Shown piece after piece: positions 27,276 through 37,049 of a stretch of DNA of 64,000 bases (the first letter of the stretch is position 1; every line of letters starts with the position of its first letter). The position numbers and the translations under genes are program-made. Origin of the DNA: a virus (Duplodnaviria; Caudoviricetes); the IMG/VR virus record IMGVR_UViG_3300042539_001740; one strand, given 5' to 3'. The notes beneath the pieces are model-generated. The model had not been told where the DNA came from and did no database searches. It saw nothing but the letters and a program-made list of their open reading frames with translations.

Positions 27276-29993
27276 ATGATTACACCTGAAGAAATCGAAA
27301 GTTTCTTAAACGGAAACGACCCCGAAGAGCACATCGTTGCCATAGAATATGATTGGGCAACAGAAAACATTTTCAAAATCAAAGAAATCCCTGGAAAAGG
27401 GAAAGAAATTAGAAAAGATACATTCACCCCATTTGCTTGGGTTGGTGACCTCCACGGACTTAACTTTTACAAATCATCCAAAGGACTTCAAAAAGAAGCA
27501 ATGACCAAACACGGAATCCTAATTGAGAAATTGGATACTGGTGGAAATGAACGATTAGAAAAAGGTCTAAAGTTTTTGGTTAAATCTTTAAAAGGATATA
27601 GAAGTTTAATGCAATTCTTCAAAGAAGGAGGAATTGACCCATATGGAGATAATACTAAAGAATACTTCCTTATACCATCACCAGTAGAACAATACCTTAT
27701 CCAAAAGGAAAAAAGATTGTTTAAGGGTTATGAAGAATACAATGACATTACAAGATTAGGATTCGACTTAGAAACGACCTCTTTAGAACCTAAAGATGGT
27801 CGAATCTTTATGATTGGAATCAAAACAAATAAAGGACTACAAAAAGTAATCGAATGTGCCAATGAAGACCAAGAACGAGCTGGTATTGTTGAGTTCTTTA
27901 GAACAATAGATGAAGTTAAACCATCAATCATTGGTGGATACAATTCATTCAACTTCGACTGGTATTGGATTATGGAAAGATGTAAAGCTCTACATTTGGA
28001 TATCAAAAAGATATGCAAAACTTTACATCCAGAATATAATATGAAACAAACCAAGGGTATGTTAAAACTTGCTAATGAAGTTGAGGAATATACACAGATT
28101 GGAATGTGGGGATATAATGTTATTGATATTCTACACTCCGTTAGAAGAGCACAAGCAATCAACTCAAACATCAAATCCGCTGGTCTTAAATATATTACCC
28201 AATACATCAATGCTGAAGCTGAAGACCGAGTTTATATTGGACATACTGATATCGGTTCAATGTACGCCAAGAAAGAAGAGTATTGGTTAAATGTTAAGAA
28301 TGGTAAATACAAAAAGGCCGACAAACCTGAATACAACGACTTGGATAAAAAATATCCTGGTATCTATATCAAAACAACTGGTGATAATATTGTTGAACGA
28401 TACTTGGATGATGACTTGGAAGAAACCTTGAAGGTGGATGATGAGTTTAATCAAGGAACATTTATGTTGGCATCGATGATTCCAACAACATATGAAAGAG
28501 TTTCCACCATGGGGACAGCCACTTTGTGGAAGATGCTTATGATGGCTTGGTCTTATAAGTATAAATTGGCCATCCCCCAAAAAGAACAAAAGAAAGATTT
28601 TGTTGGTGGATTATCAAGATTGTTAAGAGTGGGTTATTCGAAGGATGTATTAAAACTTGACTACTCATCTCTTTATCCATCTATTCAATTAGTACACGAT
28701 GTTTTCCCTGATTGTGATATTATGGGGGCTATGAAAGGTATGTTGTCTTATTTTAGAAGTGCTCGTATCAAATACAAGAACTTAGCAGCTGAATGGTATG
28801 ACAAGGATAAGAAAAAATCATTGTCCTACGATAGAAAACAATTACCCATTAAGATTTTTATCAACTCAATGTTTGGTGCTTTATCAGCTCCACAAGTGTT
28901 TGCTTGGGGTGATATGTATATGGGTGAACAGATTACTTGTACAGGAAGACAATATCTTCGTCAAATGTTAAAGTTCTTTATGAAGAGGGGTTATACTGCG
29001 TTGGTATGTGATACGGATGGTATGAACTTCTCATTACCTGAAGGTGGTGTTGATGATAGAGTTTATATTGGTAAAGGTCTTAATTGGAAAGTTAAGAAAG
29101 GAAAAGAATATAAAGGTTATGATGCTGATGTTGCTGAGTTCAACGACACCTTTATGAAGGGTGAAATGGCATTAGATTGTGATGGAACTTGGAAATCTTG
29201 TATTAATCTTGCTCGTAAGAATTATGCAACGATGGAACATAATGGTAAAATCAAATTGACTGGTAACTCAATCAAATCCAAAAAACTTCCATTATACATT
29301 GAGGAATATTTGGATAAAGCAATTAGATTATTATTGGAAGGTGAGGGACAGAAGTTTGTTGAATGGTATTATGAATACTTAACTAAAATCTATAACAAAG
29401 AAATCCCCCTTCTTAAAATTGCACAAAGAGCAAAAGTTAAGTTGAGTATTAAGGATTATATTGAGAGGTCAAAACAAACAACCAAATCAGGTGGTGCCAT
29501 GTCTAGAATGGCGCATATGGAACTGGCTATTAAACACAATCTAAAGGTGAATCTTGGTGAGGTGATTTATTATGTTAATAATGGTGTCAAAGCAAGTCAC
29601 GGAGATGTTCAAAAGAAGAAAGATGAAGTGGTATTAAATTGTTATATGTTAAATCCAAATGACATTGAGAATAATCCTGATATGTTGGGTGATTATAATG
29701 TAGCAAGAGCAATAACAACTTTCAATAATCGTATTGAACCTTTATTAGTTGTATTCAAACAAGAAGTTAGAGATACTTTAATTATTGATAACCCTGAGAA
29801 AAGACAATTCTATACACAACAACAATGTGAACTAATTAATGGAGTACCATTTGAAGAAAAAGACCAAGATAGAATCAAAGAGGATTTGTTAGATTTAGAA
29901 CCAAAAGAAATAGAGTATTGGAACAAAAGAGGAATTGACCCCAACTATATTTACGATTTGGCTGAAGAAGGATGGGAACAATATATTGATTAA
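27276..29993 (+). CDS. polB: Family B DNA polymerase
   Basis: ExoI FDLETT, ExoII GYNSFNFD, motif A LDYSSLYPSI, motif B KIFINSMFG, motif C CDTDG. No intein-sized insertion. Confidence 0.97.
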   Translation: MITPEEIESFLNGNDPEEHIVAIEYDWATENIFKIKEIPGKGKEIRKDTFTPFAWVGDLHGLNFYKSSKGLQKEAMTKHGILIEKLDTGGNERLEKGLKFLVKSLKGYRSLMQFFKEGGIDPYGDNTKEYFLIPSPVEQYLIQKEKRLFKGYEEYNDITRLGFDLETTSLEPKDGRIFMIGIKTNKGLQKVIECANEDQERAGIVEFFRTIDEVKPSIIGGYNSFNFDWYWIMERCKALHLDIKKICKTLHPEYNMKQTKGMLKLANEVEEYTQIGMWGYNVIDILHSVRRAQAINSNIKSAGLKYITQYINAEAEDRVYIGHTDIGSMYAKKEEYWLNVKNGKYKKADKPEYNDLDKKYPGIYIKTTGDNIVERYLDDDLEETLKVDDEFNQGTFMLASMIPTTYERVSTMGTATLWKMLMMAWSYKYKLAIPQKEQKKDFVGGLSRLLRVGYSKDVLKLDYSSLYPSIQLVHDVFPDCDIMGAMKGMLSYFRSARIKYKNLAAEWYDKDKKKSLSYDRKQLPIKIFINSMFGALSAPQVFAWGDMYMGEQITCTGRQYLRQMLKFFMKRGYTALVCDTDGMNFSLPEGGVDDRVYIGKGLNWKVKKGKEYKGYDADVAEFNDTFMKGEMALDCDGTWKSCINLARKNYATMEHNGKIKLTGNSIKSKKLPLYIEEYLDKAIRLLLEGEGQKFVEWYYEYLTKIYNKEIPLLKIAQRAKVKLSIKDYIERSKQTTKSGGAMSRMAHMELAIKHNLKVNLGEVIYYVNNGVKASHGDVQKKKDEVVLNCYMLNPNDIENNPDMLGDYNVARAITTFNNRIEPLLVVFKQEVRDTLIIDNPEKRQFYTQQQCELINGVPFEEKDQDRIKEDLLDLEPKEIEYWNKRGIDPNYIYDLAEEGWEQYID

Positions 29994-30013
29994 ACTATTT
30001 ATAAAAAAAACTT

Positions 30014-30184
30014 ATGAAAAAACTTATCTTTTTAATTTTAGTAATTTTAACGATTGGGTTAACATCTTGTGGTAATCCAGTTTACAAAAAAAGAAAAAAA
30101 TGTACAGGAAATGGTAGTTGGTATGGAAATAGAAACTTGGGTGAAAAGACACCAACACAACAAAACACTTATGTAATGAAGTAA
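30014..30184 (+). CDS. Small lipoprotein (56 aa), below the ORF-track cutoff
   Basis: MKKLIFLILVILTIGLTS-C-GNPVYKKRKKCTGNGSWYGNRNLG...: basic N-terminus, hydrophobic core and LTSC lipobox. Own TATTTAT (29996-30002) and terminator. Confidence 0.7.
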   Translation: MKKLIFLILVILTIGLTSCGNPVYKKRKKCTGNGSWYGNRNLGEKTPTQQNTYVMK

Positions 30185-30185
30185 C

Positions 30186-30221
30186 AAAAAACCCCACTCT
30201 TAATAGGTGGGGATTTTTTTT
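30186..30221. terminator. Bidirectional intrinsic terminator
   Basis: ccccac/gtgggg stem flanked by A- and T-tracts between convergent genes. Confidence 0.8.
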
Positions 30222-30222
30222 A

Positions 30223-30501
30223 TTAAAACTTTGTCTCTAAGTACGATAATGCTCGGGATACTTTAACCCAATCTTTTTTTCTGATACCTTGTTCAAGCAA
30301 ATCTATAACGATATCAACCTTTTTTGTTATTTTACCTGACAACTCACCCGATGAATCATCCAATTGTACATCTTCATCATCACCAAGTCTTGAGTACAAT
30401 TTGTCTATTTCTGAATGACCATAAACTCGTTCAAGTTCAGTAACAACTTTCTTAGTTAGTTTTGATAAATCTTTTTCTGTTATTTTTACTACTTTTTTCA
30501 T
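30223..30501 (-). CDS. Hypothetical protein
   Basis: 92 aa, N-terminus MKKVVKITEKDLSKLTKKVVTE; upstream TATTTAT (30516-30522). Confidence 0.7.
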   Translation of the reverse strand: MKKVVKITEKDLSKLTKKVVTELERVYGHSEIDKLYSRLGDDEDVQLDDSSGELSGKITKKVDIVIDLLEQGIRKKDWVKVSRALSYLETKF

Positions 30502-30532
30502 AATCTTTTTATTTGATAAATATGTTAATAAT

Positions 30533-30560
30533 AAAAACCCCCATCCTTAAAGGTGGGGTT
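30533..30560 (-). terminator. Intrinsic terminator
   Basis: ccccat/gtgggg stem followed by a U-tract on the minus strand. Confidence 0.7.
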
Positions 30561-30566
30561 TAGTTT

Positions 30567-30926
30567 TTATTCTAACTTCATACCATCGGAGGATATTATG
30601 TACCAATTACCCTCAACATATTCTAATTCTACACAAGCCCCATTATCAATTTCGATTTCCTCATATTGGTCATCAATTAAAGAATATTTGGGTACAATAT
30701 TTGTTTTTGTAAGAACTTTTATTTTAATGGATTCTGTTGTATAACCATCTAAAGTAATTGTACAATTATCGACATCTTTTACAACTAAAAGATATTCCCC
30801 ATTTGTTGTATAGGTTGGGGTATTAACTACCTTTTTGATTTTGGTCGAAACTGATTGACCATAACGAATTGTTTTTGACACTTCCCCGAATTGTTTTCTG
30901 ACTAGTTCTGAATTTATTGTTGTCAT
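30567..30926 (-). CDS. Small beta-rich putative structural protein
   Basis: 119 aa ending GACVELEYVEGNWYII, co-transcribed with the neck gene. Confidence 0.6.
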   Translation of the reverse strand: MTTINSELVRKQFGEVSKTIRYGQSVSTKIKKVVNTPTYTTNGEYLLVVKDVDNCTITLDGYTTESIKIKVLTKTNIVPKYSLIDDQYEEIEIDNGACVELEYVEGNWYIISSDGMKLE

Positions 30927-30934
30927 AATTATAA

Positions 30935-32056
30935 TTAAATTACATAAATTTGTCTTGGTAAAGCAGTAAGTTTTTTTACTTTATTTAAGTTTTCAGCTAT
31001 TAATGCTTCTCTTTCCATAACCTTTTCAGGTTTTAATCTTGTTAATTTACCTTCAGCACCAATTAATTCCTCTCTCAATTTGTCTTTTTCGTCCTTAGCT
31101 TCAGTTTGTAAAGTTTGATATTCTAATGTAAGTTCGGCATCAGGTGTTTTGAGTGCACCACTAAACTTACCTCTAACTCTAGACAAGGCCTCTTTAGCAT
31201 AAGCAAAAAACCATTTACGAACCCATATTTGGGCAGGATTATTTAAATCAATCCAACTAATCTTTTCTAGTGGAACATCAGATGGTAATCTAATTATATC
31301 AGGATTTTTCTTTAAACAATCATCTCTGTCTGCACCATCAACTTCATAATACCAATACCAAACTTTACCTCTCATTAAAGTTGCATTACCGAAGTCAAAT
31401 TTACCACCTGGTGTTTGCATTAAATGGATTGCTTTTTTACCTTCAGGTAAAGCCGTTACTCTGTATGTTAAGTCACCTGCAATAATTCTTCTTTGAATAT
31501 TAATTTCTTGCATTCTTAATAACATATCGAATGCTGGCATCATAAAGTATGAACCTGAGTAACCCATTTGAGAATAACCCGCGGGGCCACCTAAACCAAC
31601 ACCACCCAAAGCACCAAATGTCCAAGGGTCAAATAGTAAGTTATTAAGTTCTGATGGTGTAAACCATAATAGCTCATTTAATTCACGACCTGCTGGTATC
31701 TCATAAATTTGTTGACCAGGTACAAGTTGTATATAGTCCTTTTTCATTACAGAATCTCCACCTGCTTGTAAACCAACAATTTTAGAATAAGCATAAGTAT
31801 ATCTTTCCTCGAACTTTAAATCTTTAGTTATGAATGCTTTGGTTAAAGATTCAGTATCTAAGTTTAAGTTATATAGTGAAGTCCATTGTGATTCAATTAA
31901 CCAATCTTGTACGTATTGAGCATAATCCTCAATAGATAGTTCTAATAAAGAATCTAACATTTCATCTTCCAATTCCACAGCCCTTAGTGGTGCACCTAAA
32001 AGATGTCTCAATTTAGTGTAAAGTTGGGTTCTATCTGGTTCAGGAATTATAGACAT
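30935..32056 (-). CDS. Neck/head-completion protein (T4 gp13-like)
   Basis: LRHLLGAPLRAVELEDEMLDSLLELSIEDY N-terminus and WVRKWFFAYAKEALSRVRGKF C-terminus are typical of gp13-like adaptors. Confidence 0.7.
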   Translation of the reverse strand: MSIIPEPDRTQLYTKLRHLLGAPLRAVELEDEMLDSLLELSIEDYAQYVQDWLIESQWTSLYNLNLDTESLTKAFITKDLKFEERYTYAYSKIVGLQAGGDSVMKKDYIQLVPGQQIYEIPAGRELNELLWFTPSELNNLLFDPWTFGALGGVGLGGPAGYSQMGYSGSYFMMPAFDMLLRMQEINIQRRIIAGDLTYRVTALPEGKKAIHLMQTPGGKFDFGNATLMRGKVWYWYYEVDGADRDDCLKKNPDIIRLPSDVPLEKISWIDLNNPAQIWVRKWFFAYAKEALSRVRGKFSGALKTPDAELTLEYQTLQTEAKDEKDKLREELIGAEGKLTRLKPEKVMEREALIAENLNKVKKLTALPRQIYVI

Positions 32057-32078
32057 AATTAGTTTTTATATATAAATA

Positions 32079-34697
32079 TCAATCCAACAAATTAAGTATG
32101 TCTTGTTTGAAGTTTTCGTTGTCAGACAAACTATGGATAATATCTTGTGGTATATTACCACCTAAGTTTCTTATGTTGTACTTACTCCCAAAACGATTAA
32201 GTAATGATAATGTTTCTTTTGTTTTTTCATTACCAACTAAAAAATCAATATATTCTTGTTCTGAGATTATTGGGAAATATATTTTTCCAACCAATCTATT
32301 TCCTTCACTTGGTGTTTTTTGGAAAACTGATTTTTTGAATCTAATCTGTTGTGACCCTTTGGTTTTTGGTGCACCTAAATTACCAGGTTCTAAAGCCAAC
32401 GATTTAATTCCCTCTCTGTCAAAATAAAATAAGTCGATGTTAAAATTCTCGTTGGGAACACCGATTAATAATCCATCAATGTCAGGTAGTATGAAATCAA
32501 CTAAATCCTCAGCAATATTTATATAATCGTTGTTACCCGAACTTATTAAAAAACTTAGAAGATTTTCATTTTTTGCTTGTGTAATCAACATTTGTTTGTT
32601 TTCATCAGAACCATTATAATTCTCGATAAAACTTTGTATATTTCCTTTTGCTGATTTCAATACAGGACTTTCACTTAAATTTCTTACTATTTTTATAGAT
32701 ATTTTTTTTCCATCTTTTGTAATCAAATCATATGGAGAATTAATGTCTTCAGAAATATCTCCATCAATTAAACCGGAAATTAAACCTTCAAAATCTAAAC
32801 CTCTCGTTCTACTTCTATAAAATCTATAATAGTAGTTATTGAACCTATATTTATTTCTGTCCGAAACTGTTGATAAGTTTAAATTAAATAAAGAATCAAT
32901 TGTTCTACTAAAATTTAACTTACCACGACTTATTTCAGCTGTTACAATATTATTAATTGCTTCTTTAGCCGCATTCATTTCAGTGGGAATAGGTCTTAAC
33001 TTTTGTAATTCTCTTTTAATGATACTATTAATATCTAACTGATTATTATTAATCTTAATGTCCTCGGATATTAAAAAATTCATTATTTGAGCTTGTTCTT
33101 TAGTTATTATTATTGTTGAGTTCATATTTTCAGTAATGTTAATTTTTTTTAATTTTAAAAATTGGGATTGGAATTTTTTATTTTTTGAATTAAAAACGTA
33201 AGAATATCTTTCTTTTGATTGTGTTCCACCATCCTCAATATCAACCTCATTAAAATCAAAAAATATATAGTTATTTTTATCATCAACAAATGCAAAAATT
33301 TGAATATTATTTGTATTATATACATTTTTACTTTTGAAGATATAGATAGTATTACCTTGTTTGTCCCTCGTTTCATATAAATCCGTAGTTGGTTTAACCT
33401 GAACGTATTTACTTACACCATCTTCGGTTACAAACATATCTTGTCCTTTATACTTGTCCCTTGTATCACCATCACAAAATTGTGTTATTTGTGAATTTTT
33501 GTTTTTAGTGTTGAATATTTCAATCGCAATTTTTTCCCTTTCAATACCTCTATCCAAAGTTCCTTTTTTTGTTTTTGGATTTAAAACTATATTTGCCAAA
33601 CTATTGGTAAACTTTCCCTCATCACCAAACAGAGTTTTTCCCATAATATTAAACCAAGTTTCCAAATCATAGTTTTTACTATTATATTTTTCATAAAACT
33701 CTAATATCTTATCACTAATTCGAGTGTTAGCATCAAACCAATTAACAACCGACCATTCACCAGTTCCACCCCTTTGACTTACAGCATATTTTCCACCAAT
33801 AACACCATAGTTTGTTTTACATAACTCAGTTTGGATTTTACCATAACAAGGTGATTCAATACGAGTATCAGGATTGTAATCCCTAATAATTTCAGGAGAA
33901 CATTTTGGATAAACTTTCTTCAATATTGTTTGAACAAAAATAGGATTTAGTCTTCCGTTTGGGTTTAATACCTCAACTTCTTCTTTGATTAATTTTTTAG
34001 TTTTAACTGATTCAGTTAACTTAGTTTTCTTTTTATCTGTATATAATTTATTAACAAACTCCCAATTGACAACATCCCAAAAATTTTCAATATATTCATC
34101 TCTTTTGTTTTGATATTTGAGATAATATGCGTGTTCCCATACATCAAGACCAAGAATAGGAAATCCACCCCCATCAACTATGTTCATTAGTGGATTGTCT
34201 TGGTTGGGTGTTGACATAATTTTAAGTCTGTTGTTTTTTGTCAATATTAACCAACACCAACCTGAACCAAATCTATCCTTTGCTATTTCGGTGAATTCTT
34301 TTTTGAATGTATTAATTGAACCGAAATCTTTAATAATTTTGTTTTTTATCTCAGTTGGTATTTCTTGTTTTTTTGGGGACAACATTTTCCAAAATAAAGC
34401 ATGATTAAAAGCACCACCAGCATTATTCCTTATTGTTTTATTATACTTCGAAATGGATTTAATAATGTTCTCCAATTCAACATCACCATAGTTCTTTTTA
34501 GATAAGGCTTTATTCAATTTATCAACATAACCTTTATAATGTTTGTTGTAATGTATATCCATCGTTTTTCCATCGATGAAACTACTAATTGAACGATATC
34601 CAAATGGTAATTTATCAATACCAATTTTTTTTGCTTCAGATAATATATCTTCTTTAGTTAATATTATTTCTTTAAGTAAATTTGCTGCTCTTTCCAT
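32079..34697 (-). CDS. sod: Fe/Mn superoxide dismutase fused to two C-terminal PD-(D/E)XK-like domains
   Basis: SOD ligands intact (IHYNKHY, NHALFW, DVWEHAYY), plus FGSGW and NQDNP. About 640 additional residues follow. ATG at 34697 is preferred because it follows TATTTAT at 34703-34709. Confidence 0.85.
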   Translation of the reverse strand: MERAANLLKEIILTKEDILSEAKKIGIDKLPFGYRSISSFIDGKTMDIHYNKHYKGYVDKLNKALSKKNYGDVELENIIKSISKYNKTIRNNAGGAFNHALFWKMLSPKKQEIPTEIKNKIIKDFGSINTFKKEFTEIAKDRFGSGWCWLILTKNNRLKIMSTPNQDNPLMNIVDGGGFPILGLDVWEHAYYLKYQNKRDEYIENFWDVVNWEFVNKLYTDKKKTKLTESVKTKKLIKEEVEVLNPNGRLNPIFVQTILKKVYPKCSPEIIRDYNPDTRIESPCYGKIQTELCKTNYGVIGGKYAVSQRGGTGEWSVVNWFDANTRISDKILEFYEKYNSKNYDLETWFNIMGKTLFGDEGKFTNSLANIVLNPKTKKGTLDRGIEREKIAIEIFNTKNKNSQITQFCDGDTRDKYKGQDMFVTEDGVSKYVQVKPTTDLYETRDKQGNTIYIFKSKNVYNTNNIQIFAFVDDKNNYIFFDFNEVDIEDGGTQSKERYSYVFNSKNKKFQSQFLKLKKINITENMNSTIIITKEQAQIMNFLISEDIKINNNQLDINSIIKRELQKLRPIPTEMNAAKEAINNIVTAEISRGKLNFSRTIDSLFNLNLSTVSDRNKYRFNNYYYRFYRSRTRGLDFEGLISGLIDGDISEDINSPYDLITKDGKKISIKIVRNLSESPVLKSAKGNIQSFIENYNGSDENKQMLITQAKNENLLSFLISSGNNDYINIAEDLVDFILPDIDGLLIGVPNENFNIDLFYFDREGIKSLALEPGNLGAPKTKGSQQIRFKKSVFQKTPSEGNRLVGKIYFPIISEQEYIDFLVGNEKTKETLSLLNRFGSKYNIRNLGGNIPQDIIHSLSDNENFKQDILNLLD

Positions 34698-34720
34698 AAG
34701 ATATAAATATCTCATAAATA

Positions 34721-36487
34721 TTAACGAACAGAATTAATCTTGTTCATAATTTGCTCAATGAACTCCGCTCTATCAATATTATCACCCATAACAGTATCAA
34801 TAACATTCTTTTTATTAATCAACATATCATAGATAACACCTTCAATCGTATTATCAAATAATGGATAATAGACTGAAACACAATTCTTTTGACCATATCT
34901 ATAGGCTCTATCCTCAGCTTGTTGGTGATGTGCGGGGACAAAAGATAAGTCATTAAATACAACAGCTTCACCTGCAGTTAATGTAATACCAACTCCTGCA
35001 GCTTGTAAGTTCCCAACAAAAACTTTAACCTTATCGTTATCTTGGAATTGGTCAACAGCGTATTGTCTTTGAACCTTTGAGCAAGTTCCATCCAAATAAA
35101 CAGCTTTCTTTCCAAAGTGAGAATGAATCTTATGTAGAGTATCTGTAAAGTTTGTGAATATGATAACTTTTTTACCAAGTTCCAAAATATTTTCAACAAC
35201 CTCAATTGTATTCAATATTTTTTCTTCAGCAATTACTTGTCTAACTTTCATCAACTTATTAAACTGAACTGTTAAAGACCTCGATTCATCAGGATGTTTA
35301 TTATACCATTCGTAATACTCACCCATTAACTCTTCATACATTTTAGATTTTAATCTAAGATAGATTGGGGTAATAATCTTTTCAGGTAAATCTAGTACAT
35401 CCTCTTTTAATCTTCTTAAAACTTGTCTTGATGTCCTATCTCTTAACTCTTCCAAGTTTGACGCCCCATTCACATTCCAAACCTTTCTATTACCCGCCTT
35501 AAATTGATATCCTTGACAATAACGGATAACATAAGCCATCCAATTTTGAGCAACAGGACTTTCAATTAGATTCAATAAATTATAATAGTTGATTGGCCTT
35601 GATGTCATCGGAGTACCAGTTAATAACCAAAGATATTCAACATCCTTAACAAAACTATTAATTAATTTTGTTCTTTGAGCTTGGGGATTGGATATGTAAT
35701 GAGCTTCGTCTATAATAACCAAATCAAAGTTACCTTTTGTGATTGGGGAGTTTTCTTTGTTTTTTAAATCATAAAAATTTTTAATGATATCATAATTTAC
35801 AATAACAAAGTCGTGTTCAGTTGAGAAGTTTTTACCTTCACAAATATATACACTTCTATCTGTGTAGTTTTTAATTTCCCTTTCCCAATTTATCTTAAGG
35901 GATGCAGGACAGATAATTAAAATCTTTTTAATATCAGTTTCTAATGCTGCGATTATAGTACTAGTCGTTTTACCAAGTCCCATATCGTCAGCTAAAATAA
36001 ATCTTTTACTACCCACCAATTTTTCTATTGCGGTTTTTTGGTGTTCAAGTGGTGGTCTGTGACTATATTTTGTATAATCAATTTTAACTTCTATTGTATT
36101 ATGGGTTTTTAATAATGCTGCCTTAGGTAACCACATATCTGTTAGAGTGTCACCAGTATTAAATTTACCCCAAATATGGTATGATTTATCTTTATCAACC
36201 AATAACTTTTCAACCCAAATATCAGTTGGTACTGATAACATATTTTTTTCATCAGCAATCTTGTTTGCAAAATATGGTTCCATATTAACCCACTTCTTTG
36301 CAACCTTTGGTTCAACAGAATGATAGTTGATAATATATTCAGCTTGGGAACGAGTGGGGTAAAACTTTTTATTGGATTCCTTTAGGTATTTTAATTTTTG
36401 AATATAGTTATTTGTTCCCGAATAATTATCTAATATGTCGAGTGCTTTTAATTCAATAAGATTAGAGGTGTTACCTGATATATTCAA
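34721..36487 (-). CDS. SNF2-family (SMARCAL1/ZRANB3-like) helicase
   Basis: ILADDMGLGKT, IIDEAH, LLTGTP, GVGITLT and QAEDRAYRYGQ. TTG start. Confidence 0.92.
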   Translation of the reverse strand: MNISGNTSNLIELKALDILDNYSGTNNYIQKLKYLKESNKKFYPTRSQAEYIINYHSVEPKVAKKWVNMEPYFANKIADEKNMLSVPTDIWVEKLLVDKDKSYHIWGKFNTGDTLTDMWLPKAALLKTHNTIEVKIDYTKYSHRPPLEHQKTAIEKLVGSKRFILADDMGLGKTTSTIIAALETDIKKILIICPASLKINWEREIKNYTDRSVYICEGKNFSTEHDFVIVNYDIIKNFYDLKNKENSPITKGNFDLVIIDEAHYISNPQAQRTKLINSFVKDVEYLWLLTGTPMTSRPINYYNLLNLIESPVAQNWMAYVIRYCQGYQFKAGNRKVWNVNGASNLEELRDRTSRQVLRRLKEDVLDLPEKIITPIYLRLKSKMYEELMGEYYEWYNKHPDESRSLTVQFNKLMKVRQVIAEEKILNTIEVVENILELGKKVIIFTNFTDTLHKIHSHFGKKAVYLDGTCSKVQRQYAVDQFQDNDKVKVFVGNLQAAGVGITLTAGEAVVFNDLSFVPAHHQQAEDRAYRYGQKNCVSVYYPLFDNTIEGVIYDMLINKKNVIDTVMGDNIDRAEFIEQIMNKINSVR

Positions 36488-36534
36488 AATCGTATTTTAA
36501 CATAAAAATAGTCAATAAGTTTATATTTATCAAT

Positions 36535-37047
36535 ATGAATAATAGAGTACCAATTACTAGACTCGGTAAGTTTTTCGACCAAAACGACTATGACCTTGAT
36601 ATTAATATGGGGTCAGAATGGTTACATGGTGATATGAATTTTACATTGGTGTTATACCGAATTGATAGGATGAAAACCAAGACAGATGACGTATATGGCG
36701 AAACTTTAAAGGATGGGGTTAAATTTTTACCACCAGTAGAATTTAAAGGATTAGTTCAAATTTCAGAACCTGAAAACAAAAACTATGGAAATAGTAGAAT
36801 TAATCAAACTGAACCAGGTAATCTTAAAGTTTCTGTATACCAAAGACAATTAGATGAATTGGGTGTTGATGTTAGTTTTGGTGATTACATTGGTTACTAC
36901 GAAACTGAAGATAGAATTAGATTCTATACAGTAACAGATGATGGAAGGGTAATATCAGATAATAAACATACATATGCTGGATATAAACCATTCTATCGTA
37001 CTATAATAGCATCAGCTGTTGTTGATGATGAATTTAGAGGATTATAA
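36535..37047 (+). CDS. Putative head-closure/neck protein (gp14-like)
   Basis: Located upstream of the tail terminator and sheath; FLPPVEFKGLV...GDYIGYY...YTVTD. Confidence 0.55.
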   Translation: MNNRVPITRLGKFFDQNDYDLDINMGSEWLHGDMNFTLVLYRIDRMKTKTDDVYGETLKDGVKFLPPVEFKGLVQISEPENKNYGNSRINQTEPGNLKVSVYQRQLDELGVDVSFGDYIGYYETEDRIRFYTVTDDGRVISDNKHTYAGYKPFYRTIIASAVVDDEFRGL

Positions 37048-37049
37048 AA

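Noticed and set aside
27276-29993. Intein in the DNA polymerase (also considered for the helicase and RecA)
   Set aside because: Lengths and motif spacing are normal; there are no C/S...HN-C/S/T splice junctions or LAGLIDADG blocks.
30186-30560. IS200/IS605-type end hairpins (ccccac...gtgggg / ccccat...gtgggg) flanking the 92-aa ORF
   Set aside because: No TnpA/TnpB nearby; both hairpins have A/T tracts and sit at gene ends, so they are adequately explained as terminators.
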